Origin: Calditrichia bacterium
Lineage (GTDB): Bacteria > Calditrichota > Calditrichia > JAJRVZ01
Assembly (NCBI GenBank): GCA_963796965.1
Contig: CAWCNS010000002.1
Span: 1-64,000 of the forward strand
Reading direction: 5' to 3'
Length of the DNA stretch: 64,000 nucleotides
In this document: one piece after another, positions 10,083 to 20,847 of the stretch
Layout: each line of letters starts with the position of its first letter
How positions within the stretch are numbered: position 1 is the first letter of the stretch
Notes under the pieces: generated by a model
What the model was told of the DNA's origin: nothing
Database searches by the model: none
What the model saw: the letters and a program-made list of their open reading frames with translations, nothing else
Made by a program: the position numbers and the translations under genes

Positions 10083-12314
10083 ATGGACAATATTATGCTT
10101 AAAATATCAAAACGTGTATCACTATCAGCAAACGAAATCGAGATAACTGCCATACGCTCTCAGGGTGCCGGCGGTCAAAATGTAAATAAAGTTTCCACGG
10201 CGATCCATTTGCGATTTGATATCAACAAATCATCACTTCCACAGTTATACAAGGATCGTCTCCTCGTACTCCGAGATAGGCGGATTAGCAGCGAGGGTGT
10301 TGTTATCATCAAAGCACAGGAAGAAAGAAGTCAAAAGCAGAACAAGGAAAAAGCCATAGAAAGACTTGGGGACTTGATAAAAAGTGTTATGGCAAACCGA
10401 AAAAAACGCATACCGACAAAGCCAAGCAAAAGTTCAAAGGAGAAACGTCTGGATAGCAAGTCCAAACACAGCAAGCTTAAAACCTTGAGAAAAAAGATTG
10501 ATCATACCTCATTTATGCTTTTTTTAATCATTTCCTTTTTTCTTATTTCCCCACTTGCAAGTAATGCTCAAACGATGATTTCATCTAAAGAGTCCGGGGT
10601 CACTATCTACCCAAATCCAAAGAACCTTCACTTTACTAATAAATCATTTATCCTGGGAAAAGAAATTAATATATTAATCCGTGCTACCCCTACTGAAATC
10701 AAAGCAGCAAATTATTTAAATCGCATACTTATCGAAAAATTTTCAGGGTTACTGAAAACAAGCATCATCGATGGAAAAGATTCCAAACCGGGTCAGATTA
10801 ATATTTTGCTTCTTATAGATCCTAATCTTTCTAAAGCGCCTAATGATCAGTATTACAGAACAACTTATGTTGAAGAAAAAATCATAAAGATTTCTTCGCC
10901 AAGTTTATTGGGATTGCTTTACGGCGTCGTAACCCTTACTGACCAATTTTATGAATCGGAGGACGGAAAAATTCATCTTGATATATTCGAGATAGAAGAT
11001 TGGCCAATCTATCGCCGCAGAATATTCCCCACAATACCGAATCCATCATCCATAGATGAATTAATGGATTTTGCCCTGCGTTATAAAATGGAAACTATTG
11101 CTCTTGCCAGCCGGCAATACTCCTGGAATAAGGTGGATAAAATCTATGCAGATATTCTAGTCAAAATCAAAAAATGGAAAGATCAATATGGCGGGCCGCG
11201 GATTATGCAAAGTCATAATATTTATGAAGGAGATGATATTGTGGTTTCAGATCCGGAAGATATCAAAAGATTAAAGAAGGTCATTCAAACCGGCATCTTC
11301 AATGGCGCAACAAAATTAATGGTCCTGGCCGATGACACCCCTCCATTTAGATTCGGTGACGGATATATACTCACCGATGAAAAGGATGAGCTGAACTTTT
11401 CCCATATGGCCGCAGCCCATTGTTATCTTTTGAAAGACTTACAGAAATGGATAAATCAGAATTCATATGACTGCGAGATCTATTATGTGCCCGCTTTCTA
11501 TACCTATGAAGATGCTAAATATGGCGATATGTTTTTGTATAAAGATACGCCATGGGAAGACGCGGCTTTCGGTCCGCTTACACGAGATTTGAACTATATC
11601 GGTAAGAATCTACCCGATGATATTTTTATCGTTTGGACCGGCCCTAACGTCAGAAGCCGAAGAATTACCGATAAAGACATAGACCAGTGGTCTGCTTTAC
11701 TCGGAGAAAGAGTTCCTTTCCTCTGGGATAATACTATTTACAGTCAACACCCTTTCACAACTACCGCCTTGTACACCGCCTATGATAATGACCTTCCCAA
11801 AGACTTTGCTAAAAAAACCGCTGGAAACGGGATGTTTATCAATGGAGATTCTAATTCTGAAGGGATGCGGATCGCCGCAATGACGACTAACGATTTTCTT
11901 TGGGACCCCGACAACTATGATCCTGAAAAATCGTTGCTCATAGCGATGCAAAAAAACTATGGGTTAAAAACAGCCAAATTATTAATAAATTTTAAAGAGG
12001 TTGAATTAACCCTTAGAGAAAAAATCGGTGAACGGGCCCTTTGGTTTGAAGCAGACTCACTTTGGGATGCCATTTTAGGCACTAAAGCAGTGACCGGAAA
12101 AAATCCCTTTCATTATCATTTCAACTATAGCCGACTTAAAGCCTTACGAATGCAATTGCAGCATTCTGTGCCAGAACCTTCCTCCAAACAGAAATTCTTG
12201 GATGAATGTCACGTTTTGCAAAAAGAGAGGGATGGGTTATTGGAGGAAATAAAATCATCACATCGGGATACTTATATATATTTAAAAAGTATTTGTGTTC
12301 CGGTAGATGATTAG
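10083..12314 (+). CDS. arfB: ArfB/YaeJ peptidyl-tRNA hydrolase fused in frame to a signal peptide and a GH84 (O-GlcNAcase/hyaluronidase)-like hydrolase
   Basis: aa 1-140: RSQGAGGQNVNKVSTA, ERSQKQNK and a basic tail. Then FMLFLIISFFLISPLASNA|Q, a GH20-domain-2-like region (LLYGVVTL..IEDWP) and GH84-like LADD, WTGPNV, LWDN motifs. Confidence 0.8.
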   Translation: MDNIMLKISKRVSLSANEIEITAIRSQGAGGQNVNKVSTAIHLRFDINKSSLPQLYKDRLLVLRDRRISSEGVVIIKAQEERSQKQNKEKAIERLGDLIKSVMANRKKRIPTKPSKSSKEKRLDSKSKHSKLKTLRKKIDHTSFMLFLIISFFLISPLASNAQTMISSKESGVTIYPNPKNLHFTNKSFILGKEINILIRATPTEIKAANYLNRILIEKFSGLLKTSIIDGKDSKPGQINILLLIDPNLSKAPNDQYYRTTYVEEKIIKISSPSLLGLLYGVVTLTDQFYESEDGKIHLDIFEIEDWPIYRRRIFPTIPNPSSIDELMDFALRYKMETIALASRQYSWNKVDKIYADILVKIKKWKDQYGGPRIMQSHNIYEGDDIVVSDPEDIKRLKKVIQTGIFNGATKLMVLADDTPPFRFGDGYILTDEKDELNFSHMAAAHCYLLKDLQKWINQNSYDCEIYYVPAFYTYEDAKYGDMFLYKDTPWEDAAFGPLTRDLNYIGKNLPDDIFIVWTGPNVRSRRITDKDIDQWSALLGERVPFLWDNTIYSQHPFTTTALYTAYDNDLPKDFAKKTAGNGMFINGDSNSEGMRIAAMTTNDFLWDPDNYDPEKSLLIAMQKNYGLKTAKLLINFKEVELTLREKIGERALWFEADSLWDAILGTKAVTGKNPFHYHFNYSRLKALRMQLQHSVPEPSSKQKFLDECHVLQKERDGLLEEIKSSHRDTYIYLKSICVPVDD

Positions 12315-12333
12315 ATCTTGAAAGGATATATTT

Positions 12334-13746
12334 ATGAAAATATTTTTAATATTATCAATTATTATATTTACTAAAGTCCTCCCCGCCCAACCCATAGAAT
12401 TGGACCAGGATGTATTTGCCGGGAGACGGGCGAAATTTATGGAACAAATGGATTCGAATGCGGTTGCCATTTTTCCTTCAAAACCAGTTTACCAGAGGAA
12501 CCTGGACGTAGATTATCCCTACCGCCAGGAGAGCAATTTTTATTATCTATGCGGTTTTGAGGAGCCTCAATCTTTACTTTTTATGAATCCTTCAGCAGAA
12601 AAATATAAGTATATCATGTATGTTCAAGAGGAGTCACAGTTCTCTAAAGTTTGGGTCGGACCACGCGCTGGAACGAAAAACGCGATGGATGCTTTTCAGG
12701 CAGATACCGCCATATCCATTAATGATCTAAAATCAACATTCAAGAAATTTATCAGATACGACCGCCCCATTTATTATACATTTGGTATCAATGAAGAGTT
12801 TGACCGGTTTATGCAGGAGAATTTTATAAATAAACGTAGTGGTTCTAACTGGCAAATAATCGACCCTGCCCCCGTTTTAAATGAAATGCGATTGATCAAG
12901 AACGATGGCGATTTTGAAATGGGTCTGGAAAAAGCAGTTGAGATTTCTTCTGATGCCCATATGGAAGTCATGAAAGCCATTCAACCTGGTATGTTCGAAT
13001 ATGAGATTCAAGCCATATTCGAGTATATCTATCGTAAAAACGGATCCCCCCGTAATGGTTATCCCTGTATTATCGGATCTGGGTCAAATGCCATGATTAT
13101 GCACTATGAAAAAAATGACCGAAGAATAGAAGATGGTGACCTGGTTCTCATGGACTGTGCCGCGGAATATGGTTATTATTCTGCCGATATCACCCGGACT
13201 GTTCCTGCTAATGGAGAATTTACAGATGAACAGAGAGAAATATACGGGATAGTCTTACGCGCACAGAAAGCAGCCATTACCATGGTAAAACCAGGTACAA
13301 CGCTGGACGATATCAGACAAAAAATAGACGATATATTTGCAGAGGAACTTAAAGAACTAGGGCTAATCAAAGATAAGCGAGAGACACAATTTTTTACTTT
13401 GCATGGTTACAGCCATTGGATTGGTTTGGAGGTTCATGATGTGGGTGCCTACAGAAAGAACAACAATCATGTACCTCTTCAGCCAGGTATGGTTTTTACA
13501 ATTGAACCTGGATTATATTTTCGTCCGGAGAATTTGGGCAGGATAGAAAAAGAAGATTACACAGATGTTGAAAAAGAGAATCTTCGTAACAATTTTGAAA
13601 AATATGCATCCATGGGAATCAGAATAGAAGACGATATTTTAGTCACCAAAGATGGGCATGTGAACCTATCCGAGGCCGTACCCAGAGAAATCGATGAAAT
13701 TGAGGCGTTAATGAAAGAGGGGCCGGAGTTCGTAATTAAAGAATAG
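12334..13746 (+). CDS. pepP: Xaa-Pro aminopeptidase (M24B) with signal peptide
   Basis: YPYRQESNFYYLCG, ADITRT, HWIGLEVHD, TIEPGLY, GIRIEDD. Confidence 0.9.
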   Translation: MKIFLILSIIIFTKVLPAQPIELDQDVFAGRRAKFMEQMDSNAVAIFPSKPVYQRNLDVDYPYRQESNFYYLCGFEEPQSLLFMNPSAEKYKYIMYVQEESQFSKVWVGPRAGTKNAMDAFQADTAISINDLKSTFKKFIRYDRPIYYTFGINEEFDRFMQENFINKRSGSNWQIIDPAPVLNEMRLIKNDGDFEMGLEKAVEISSDAHMEVMKAIQPGMFEYEIQAIFEYIYRKNGSPRNGYPCIIGSGSNAMIMHYEKNDRRIEDGDLVLMDCAAEYGYYSADITRTVPANGEFTDEQREIYGIVLRAQKAAITMVKPGTTLDDIRQKIDDIFAEELKELGLIKDKRETQFFTLHGYSHWIGLEVHDVGAYRKNNNHVPLQPGMVFTIEPGLYFRPENLGRIEKEDYTDVEKENLRNNFEKYASMGIRIEDDILVTKDGHVNLSEAVPREIDEIEALMKEGPEFVIKE

Positions 13747-13810
13747 CACACGGATGACGCGGATAACACTGATCTACGCCGATTTAATTATTTATACTTA
13801 ATCATACTGT

Positions 13811-13880
13811 TGTCATCCCGAAGAGATCTTCTGTTTTGTTGATTCTGTGTCTACACCCAGTAAGATTCCAGGGTATGACT
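13811..13880. repeat. REP-like palindrome (TGTCATCCCG...GGTATGAC); related copy at 19481-19539
   Basis: Both share agagatctt..ctgttt and aagattcc..gg.atgac. Confidence 0.5.
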
Positions 13881-14294
13881 CCTTTATATCCTTTTTGTAT
13901 TTTTTTTCATGTAATTATATATGGATATGATGACTATCATCCGCATACTATTTTTTTAAGATCTCAGTGTTCAAGTACCATCAGGATATCATATTTTTTC
14001 TTGCATACCATAGTAGGGTTTTATATACTATATCAAGGGAAATTAAGATCTTTATCAATCCATTTTGAAGTTTATTCCCAAAAGAAAGATTCATTGGATT
14101 TGCAATAGTAACAATCGATATTTATTATATCTCCGATTAAACCGAACATTACCTCTTTAACATATAAATCATTTCGTATCTCATTATTCTGGAATTGAAT
14201 ATTCTATATATACATTTTTTGGTAAGTTTTAAAAGGAAGATAAAAAGCGTTTTTTTCTTTTACTATGGCGACCTACTTATTGGGAGGAATTGCA

Positions 14295-16331
14295 ATGGGA
14301 AAGAACAATATGAAATCACTGATCATCTTATTACAAATAGCAATACTGCACCTCAGCCTGATTGGCTGCAAAAAAAGTGCAGAAGAAATATCAGGACCTC
14401 AGAATCCCAGCAGTGATTTATCAGGTACCTGGTTAGTTGATGAGACAATCTCTGGAAATTGCCCGGATGTCAAGTATCCATTTACTCGGACAGATATTTA
14501 CCTTGTTACGCAATCCGGCAACAAACTAACTATTTTGACAACCTCAACGGGCGGGAGTTTCGAGGGTACCATCTCGGCTGATAAAGTTTCATGGAAGATG
14601 ACTTTGCCTGAATCAGGTGGTGAATTAAAGTTAAATTTTTCAGGAACTGTGTCTACAGATGGCCAATCTATTACCGGAAATGCCACCTGGATTTGGAGTT
14701 TGGGAAATCTTAGCTGTTCAGGAGCAGCAGTTATATCAGCGTCTAAAGTAACACAACCCATCTTGGATGTAACGGGGGAATGGAATGGTACATGGGAGAG
14801 TATTACTACAGGTTTGGAGGGAGAGTTCACAACAGCGGTTGTGCAACAGGGTGGATCACTGACTGGTACTATATCTGTGCTTGAGCTCGGTCTAAACAAA
14901 GCACCGCTCAAAGGTAATGTTACTGGAAACACCATCGCTTTCGGAGACATCAATGATCAAATTACTTTTGTTGGTGTTCTCGGTGAAGATACGCTAACCG
15001 CTTCAGGAACCTATTATTATCCAGCCCTGGGGGACTATGGCAGCTGGACTGCGGATAAGCGTGGATCCGGTGGTAGTAGCGGATTGCAGATAGTTGCATC
15101 ATTTCCTATCCCCGGCGAGCCGTTGGTCACCGATATGACTTATGATGGTGAAGATCTGTGGATACTTGCAGGTAAAGATAATATCCAAAAATTTTCGACT
15201 AATGGTGAATTTGCTGGGAGATATCTCACACCCGGCTCCTATCCTGTCGGCGCAACCTTCGATGGGAAAAACCTACAAGTCGCTGATTCAAATTGGGGTA
15301 ACGCTAAAATTTTTAAATTGGCGATTGATGGTCATTCGGTTATTAAGGCACCTGGATCAGGAAATAGTACCGGTTTGGCAAGTGATGGGACCTATCTATG
15401 GGCCGCTGATAATGATTATCAGAATCCACAAATATATAAAATCCAATTTGACGGAACGATAGTTGACTCGATCGGATGTCCTGGGTCACAGATCAAAGGG
15501 CTGATCCATGATGGTCAAAATCTATGGCTCTCTGCCTGGGACAATGCAGAGGGCAAAATTTTCAAATTGGATTTAAGTGGAAACATTATTTTTTCGTTCA
15601 AAGCACCGGGCTTTATTTCCGGAGGATTGACCTTTGATGGACAAAACCTGTGGTTTTCATACTATCCGGATAAAAAGATCTATCAAATCGATACATTGGG
15701 GACTGTCATTGATACCATCGATGCCCCCTCCGATTATGCCGGTGATCTCGCCTTTGATGGTACCTATTTGTGGGTTCAAGATGAAGGTCTTACATCCTCA
15801 CATAAAATCTACCAGATTTCAACGAGTGGTGCCCAAATATCATCAATTGAAACACCAGGTAATTCCCAAAAAGGTCTAACCTTTTATAATGGTTCGTTGT
15901 GGACCTGCAATTATATCAACAAAAAGATATTTAAAATCAATCTCTCTGATACTTATTTCTCTTCTTTGCCAGAATTTGAATTCAAATTCCTAACCTATGA
16001 TGGTTCCCATTTATGGGCGGATGATATCAGTAACGAAAAATTACATCAAATTGATTCACAGGGGCAAATATTGCAGTCAATCAATTTACCTTGTACCGAT
16101 ATTGGCGGAATTACCTACCATGACGCGCATTTTTGGATTGCCTGTAAACAAGGTTTCACATTTAGCACGCTGTATAAAATAGATGTAAATGGTAATGTTG
16201 TTACAACATATCAATCAGACCTTGAACTTCCCGATCCTCATGCATTAACATCTGATGGGGTGAATTTTTGGTATGTAGGACGGGAGCCCTATAGTTGGTC
16301 GTATAAACTGCATAAACTGGCATTAGAATAA
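14295..16331 (+). CDS. Lipoprotein with two small beta domains and ten GLTFDG..LW beta-propeller repeats
   Basis: RBS GGGAGG before ATG 14295, lipobox LIGC, ten repeats resembling glutaminyl-cyclase/YncE-type blades. Confidence 0.75.
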   Translation: MGKNNMKSLIILLQIAILHLSLIGCKKSAEEISGPQNPSSDLSGTWLVDETISGNCPDVKYPFTRTDIYLVTQSGNKLTILTTSTGGSFEGTISADKVSWKMTLPESGGELKLNFSGTVSTDGQSITGNATWIWSLGNLSCSGAAVISASKVTQPILDVTGEWNGTWESITTGLEGEFTTAVVQQGGSLTGTISVLELGLNKAPLKGNVTGNTIAFGDINDQITFVGVLGEDTLTASGTYYYPALGDYGSWTADKRGSGGSSGLQIVASFPIPGEPLVTDMTYDGEDLWILAGKDNIQKFSTNGEFAGRYLTPGSYPVGATFDGKNLQVADSNWGNAKIFKLAIDGHSVIKAPGSGNSTGLASDGTYLWAADNDYQNPQIYKIQFDGTIVDSIGCPGSQIKGLIHDGQNLWLSAWDNAEGKIFKLDLSGNIIFSFKAPGFISGGLTFDGQNLWFSYYPDKKIYQIDTLGTVIDTIDAPSDYAGDLAFDGTYLWVQDEGLTSSHKIYQISTSGAQISSIETPGNSQKGLTFYNGSLWTCNYINKKIFKINLSDTYFSSLPEFEFKFLTYDGSHLWADDISNEKLHQIDSQGQILQSINLPCTDIGGITYHDAHFWIACKQGFTFSTLYKIDVNGNVVTTYQSDLELPDPHALTSDGVNFWYVGREPYSWSYKLHKLALE

Positions 16332-16360
16332 GAATAAAATCAGAACTAACCATCCATCAC

Positions 16361-16438
16361 TTACAATGTCCAGGCATAGCCGAGTTTGGCAAACAGGGTC
16401 CGGTTGGTTTGGGTCATGTAGGTATTCTGGTCACCATA
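16361..16438 (-). pseudogene. C-terminal relic of an outer-membrane beta-barrel protein (DUF5916-like ending)
   Basis: Minus strand translates YGDQNTYMTQTNRTLFAKLGYAWTL*, a terminal barrel strand with no upstream gene body. Confidence 0.45.
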
Positions 16439-16785
16439 CATCCAAAAGATATGGACTAAAAAGGGAGAGATAGGTCGCAAACCGGCACAGCCCTGAAACC
16501 AGATTAGATCGAAATTCTGACCATAAAATATGGTAAATTCTTATAACACCGGTTACAATCATAGACGAAAGATTCTAACAAAAGTTAGCAAGAATTTGTG
16601 GCATTTTGAATTATTTTTCACAAAATCATTATCAGAGTTCAAATCTACTATTTTCCAGTTCTGCCATATTCAATAGAAAATAAAGATAATGATGTTGTGT
16701 TCTCCTCAACAATACCCTATTTTATGACATTACTCACAGCATCTGACCAGAATTTCAGTACATTTCTACTATAACCGGAGGTGTA

Positions 16786-19376
16786 ATGAAAGCATATACA
16801 ATATTTATTTCTATCGCCTTTTTTCTTTTCGTAACATCAGTAATTTTTGCTCAGAATAGTGATTTTAACATTTCTGAGTATCAAGAATTTCTTACTCGCC
16901 ATCAAGATTTATCCTCAACCCAACTTTTAGAAATGCATCCCGCCGGTCTGTTTGAGAAAAAAGCAAACACATCCTGGGAATCCGCCCTTTATCACGATTC
17001 TGTTGAAATAAAATATAACCTAACCAAAGATGAGATATTTCTCCTTAAAAACAACGGATTTCTGGTTACCGAGCGATTAAATGCTCCGGCCTTTGGAACA
17101 CATCTGCTGGATATCTGGTGGAAAGATTTACCGGTCTTTATATCTACGGATGTCATACTTTATGCGTTTCATTTTGCCTATGACCGGATCTTAGTGGAAA
17201 TAGAAAGAGGTGTATTGATTAATCGTGTCTCTGAACTATTAAAAAACTTGCATCATACGCTTCCTGATCTGGAAGCTATTTACAAAGATAGACTCGAAAT
17301 GGTGAGGATGTTGCGAGATGTTGATATTTACCTAACGATTCCCCTCAAATTACTTGGAGAGGAAATATCGCCCAATTATCAAGAAAACTTATCTGAGATT
17401 AATGAGATTTTAGCACTTATTAGTAATGAATCCGTTGGCCTCTACCCCTTCTTTTCAGAAACCTGCAAAGAGATTGATTTCAGTCAGTTCAGACCACGGG
17501 GACATTATGCCGATGATGAACAACTCAAAAATTACTTTCGTGCAATGATGTGGTTAGGACGAATCGAGGTTTATCTTTTAGCACCACAAAATGCTGATCC
17601 TGTTTTTCCATGCCCTCCTCAGAGTTTTACTGATATCCAGCGTCAAACCATTGATGCTGTGTTAATAACAGAATTGATGGAATTAGCGAATGCCACTTCA
17701 CTATATCAAGAAATCGAAGAAATTGTCTCTTTTTTAGTTGGCGAACAGGATAATGTTACACCTGTTCAACTAATTTCTGTTCTTAATGAGATAGATTACA
17801 CAACATCAGAAGCATTATTAGATTCAACTGCTCTTGTGGCTTTTCAAGAAAAACTTAAGGAAAAATCTTTCGCCTTTCAGAGAATCCAATCCCAGATATT
17901 GTATCACAATCCATTTTCTCCCAAGAGTGTACAACCAGCATCTGCCTTTATGCTTTTTGGTCAGCGCTATATTATTGATTCTTATGTTACCAGCCAAGTG
18001 GTCTTTGACAAAATCAAATATGAAAATAGATTTATTTGTCGTTTGTTTCCATCAACCCTGGATGTTCTTTTTACGTTAGGCAACGATGCCGCCGGGCAGT
18101 TATTAGTTGATGAATTGAATGCCTTTCATTATGCGACCAATCTCTCCGCGCTACGTTATCTGGTTGATTCGTACGATGATGAATTCTGGATAAGTTCGAT
18201 TTATAATATGTGGCTTTATGCTATCCGTGCATTAAATCCACCCCAGGCACGAAATCATCTTCCTTCTTTTATGCAGACAGCTGGCTGGTGGCAGGAAAAG
18301 ATGAATACACAGTTGAGTTCATGGACCGAACTACGGCATGATAATCTGCTGTATGCCAAACCCTCATACACATCAGGTATTGGCTGTTCCTATCCTTATG
18401 GCTATGTGGAACCTATTCCTGAATTTTATCATCGTTTAAATACCTTAGCAAAAGTTGCCAGAAAAAAGTTTGAAAATTTATCATTTGCGGATGATAAGTT
18501 AAAGAAATCAGTAAAGGATTATTATTTAATTCTTGAAGGTGTCACCGATACTTTAGGTACCATAGCACAAAAGGAACTGGATGGAATCCCGTTTAACCCA
18601 GAGGAACATTTATTTATTCAACAAACGATATATCAGGATGGTTGGTACGGAGGAGGAGATATCACAGGCTGGTATGCTAAACTTTTATATGGTAAACGTT
18701 TTGATATTCTGCGCTTTGATATTGCGCCGGAGAATTCAGAAGGTGTCGTTGTTGATTTCCATACAACACCCACTGATTGTGAAGGTACAAAAATGGGCTG
18801 GGTGTCGCATGCCGGTACCGGTCCTGTAGATCTGGCAATTATAACCGCCCAGACGGCTGATGGTCAGTGGATTGCCTATACGGGTCCGGTCAGCAGTTAT
18901 TATGAGTACCGGACCACAAACTTTCAGAGATTAACCGACACAGAATGGAATGAGACGTATCAAAAATCTTCGTCCCGTCCTGAATGGGTAAACCTCTACC
19001 TGGCTGATACAGAGGGACAATTTAGAGGAGATGGTCTATCTTTAGTGACATCCCTGAGTCCCCGGAATGATAAAGATACAAATCTCCCATTAACTTATCT
19101 TATGATCCGTAATTATCCAAATCCTTTCAATCCTGAGACGATTATAAACTTTGTAATTCCTTCACATTTGACCAACTCCTTTACAGAACTGATTATCTAT
19201 AATATTCAGGGTAAGGTAATTAAACATCTTATAAAAGAGGACCTCCCCTCTGGCAATTATCTGACTAAGTGGAAAGGTCGAAATGATACCGGAGAACAGG
19301 TTTCCAGTGGTATATATTTTTACCAGCTAAAGGTGGGTGAACCCAGGTAACAGGCAAGATGAATTTATTGAAATGA
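16786..19376 (+). CDS. DUF3160 protein with C-terminal FlgD-like/T9SS-type sorting domain (-1 frameshift near 19341)
   Basis: DFSQFRPRGHY, YFRAMMWLGR, SWTELRHDNLLYAK, YVEP; NYPNPFNP CTD. Adding one base restores ETQVTGKMNLLK*. Confidence 0.85.
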
Positions 19377-19410
19377 GGTAAGATTTTCTCGTAATTAGTG
19401 AGATTTCTTT

Positions 19411-19600
19411 TTCTCGCAGAGACGCAAAGTATTTAAGAAAAAAGACAAAAGAAATAAGAAAAATTTTACTGCCATTACAAAGAGATCTTCCTGTTTGTGA
19501 AGAATTAACTTTGTGGTGGAAGATTCCTACGGAATGACATCTAATATACTATTTTAAAACTCCGTGATCTCCGTGCATTCTCGGTGTTCTCTGTGGTTAA
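19411..19600. repeat. Cluster of REP/MITE-like repeat fragments
   Basis: Copy of the 4621 left end (19411-19476), a GGAATGACA palindrome end (19481-19539) and ctccgtgatctccgtg...ctctgtggtt (19560-19599). Confidence 0.55.
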
Positions 19601-19636
19601 ATATCTTTCCTGGTTAAGTAAAAAAGGAAAAAAATG

Positions 19637-20602
19637 TTATTCACTATTCAGGAAATCTACCGCACGCTCTTCTGACCAGTAATGGTCTTCTTTATTGAGT
19701 GAGACAAATCCCACATGTCCCCCTGCTTTAGAAATTTCTAGATTTACAAATTTACTCTTCTCTGTTTCATTAACAGGAAAACATTCATCGCTTAAGAATG
19801 GATCATTGACAGCATTAATAATCAAGGTGGGAATCGTAATTTTGGGGATAAACTGATTACTACTGCATCGTGCCCAGTAATCTTCTGCATCTTTAAATCC
19901 GTGAATAGGCGCTGTATAGCGATCATCAAAATGCTTAAAGTTTTTTATTTGGTTATAACCGCTATCATCAATCTTATCAGGAAATCTCTCCATCTTTGCT
20001 TTAACTTTTAAATGGAGAGATTTAAGAAAGCGGCGCATATAAATTTTATTTAGTGGGCGCGCTAATTTCAAAGAACTGGATTTTAGATCTCCCGGAACGG
20101 AGAATACAACTGCCTTCGATATTTGTTTATCCATATCATCTGCCCGTTGTCCAATATAAACAAGAGACAAATTGCCACCCATACTAAATCCGATTAGAGC
20201 AACTTCTTCATACTGATCGGAATCTATGACATGTTTTATAACGAGATCAAGATCATCCGTGGCTCCATTATGGTAAAACTTTAACTGCTGGTTTATCTCA
20301 CCACTGCAGGAACGGAAATTCCAGGCCAAGGCATCCCATCCGGCCCGATTTATGGATCGGACCATACCAACAACATAGGGGCGATGGGATGATCCTTCCA
20401 AACCATGTGAAATGATCGCCAATTTTTTGTTTCCCCTCCGCGACCAATCCAGATCCAAAAAATCATCATCAGGGGTGTGGATCCGTTCCCTCATATAAAA
20501 TGAACGATCAAATTTCCTGAAAAGTGAAGGATAAATAGTTTGTAAGTGACCACCAGGCAGAAACAGGGGCACCTTATAGGATTTATTTCTTTTATCTCTC
20601 AT
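19637..20602 (-). CDS. YheT-family alpha/beta hydrolase
   Basis: GHLQTI, HGLEGSS, GFSMGG nucleophile elbow, DPF, GGHVGF. Confidence 0.9.
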   Translation of the reverse strand: MRDKRNKSYKVPLFLPGGHLQTIYPSLFRKFDRSFYMRERIHTPDDDFLDLDWSRRGNKKLAIISHGLEGSSHRPYVVGMVRSINRAGWDALAWNFRSCSGEINQQLKFYHNGATDDLDLVIKHVIDSDQYEEVALIGFSMGGNLSLVYIGQRADDMDKQISKAVVFSVPGDLKSSSLKLARPLNKIYMRRFLKSLHLKVKAKMERFPDKIDDSGYNQIKNFKHFDDRYTAPIHGFKDAEDYWARCSSNQFIPKITIPTLIINAVNDPFLSDECFPVNETEKSKFVNLEISKAGGHVGFVSLNKEDHYWSEERAVDFLNSE

Positions 20603-20650
20603 GGAATAAATTTATATTGAAGATAATTCGTATTCAAATTGAAAGAATAT

Positions 20651-20726
20651 GGTAATGGTAACTGGTAACTGGTAACTGGTAACTGGTAACTGGTAACTGG
20701 TAACTGGTAACTGGTAACTGGTAACT
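20651..20726 (+). repeat. Perfect heptamer tandem repeat (GGTAACT)x10
   Basis: Ten exact copies at 20657-20726 plus a degenerate GGTAAT at 20651-20656, between divergent genes. Confidence 0.95.
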
Positions 20727-20847
20727 AAATTTTTATTCCTCTTGCTTCAATGTCAAGTTTAATTCAAACTAAATTATTATATTCTTATCGAGAATTCATA
20801 GTATCCGGCGTCCGCTCTAACCGTCAGCATGAGAAGATGGGAGAAGA

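Noticed and set aside
16340..16600. GC-richer pairable spacer as a candidate ncRNA (6S, SRP, riboswitch)
   Set aside because: No diagnostic motifs. The composition is partly explained by a minus-strand coding relic.
20651..20726. Possible CRISPR array
   Set aside because: Pure 7-bp tandem repeat with no spacers and no cas genes.
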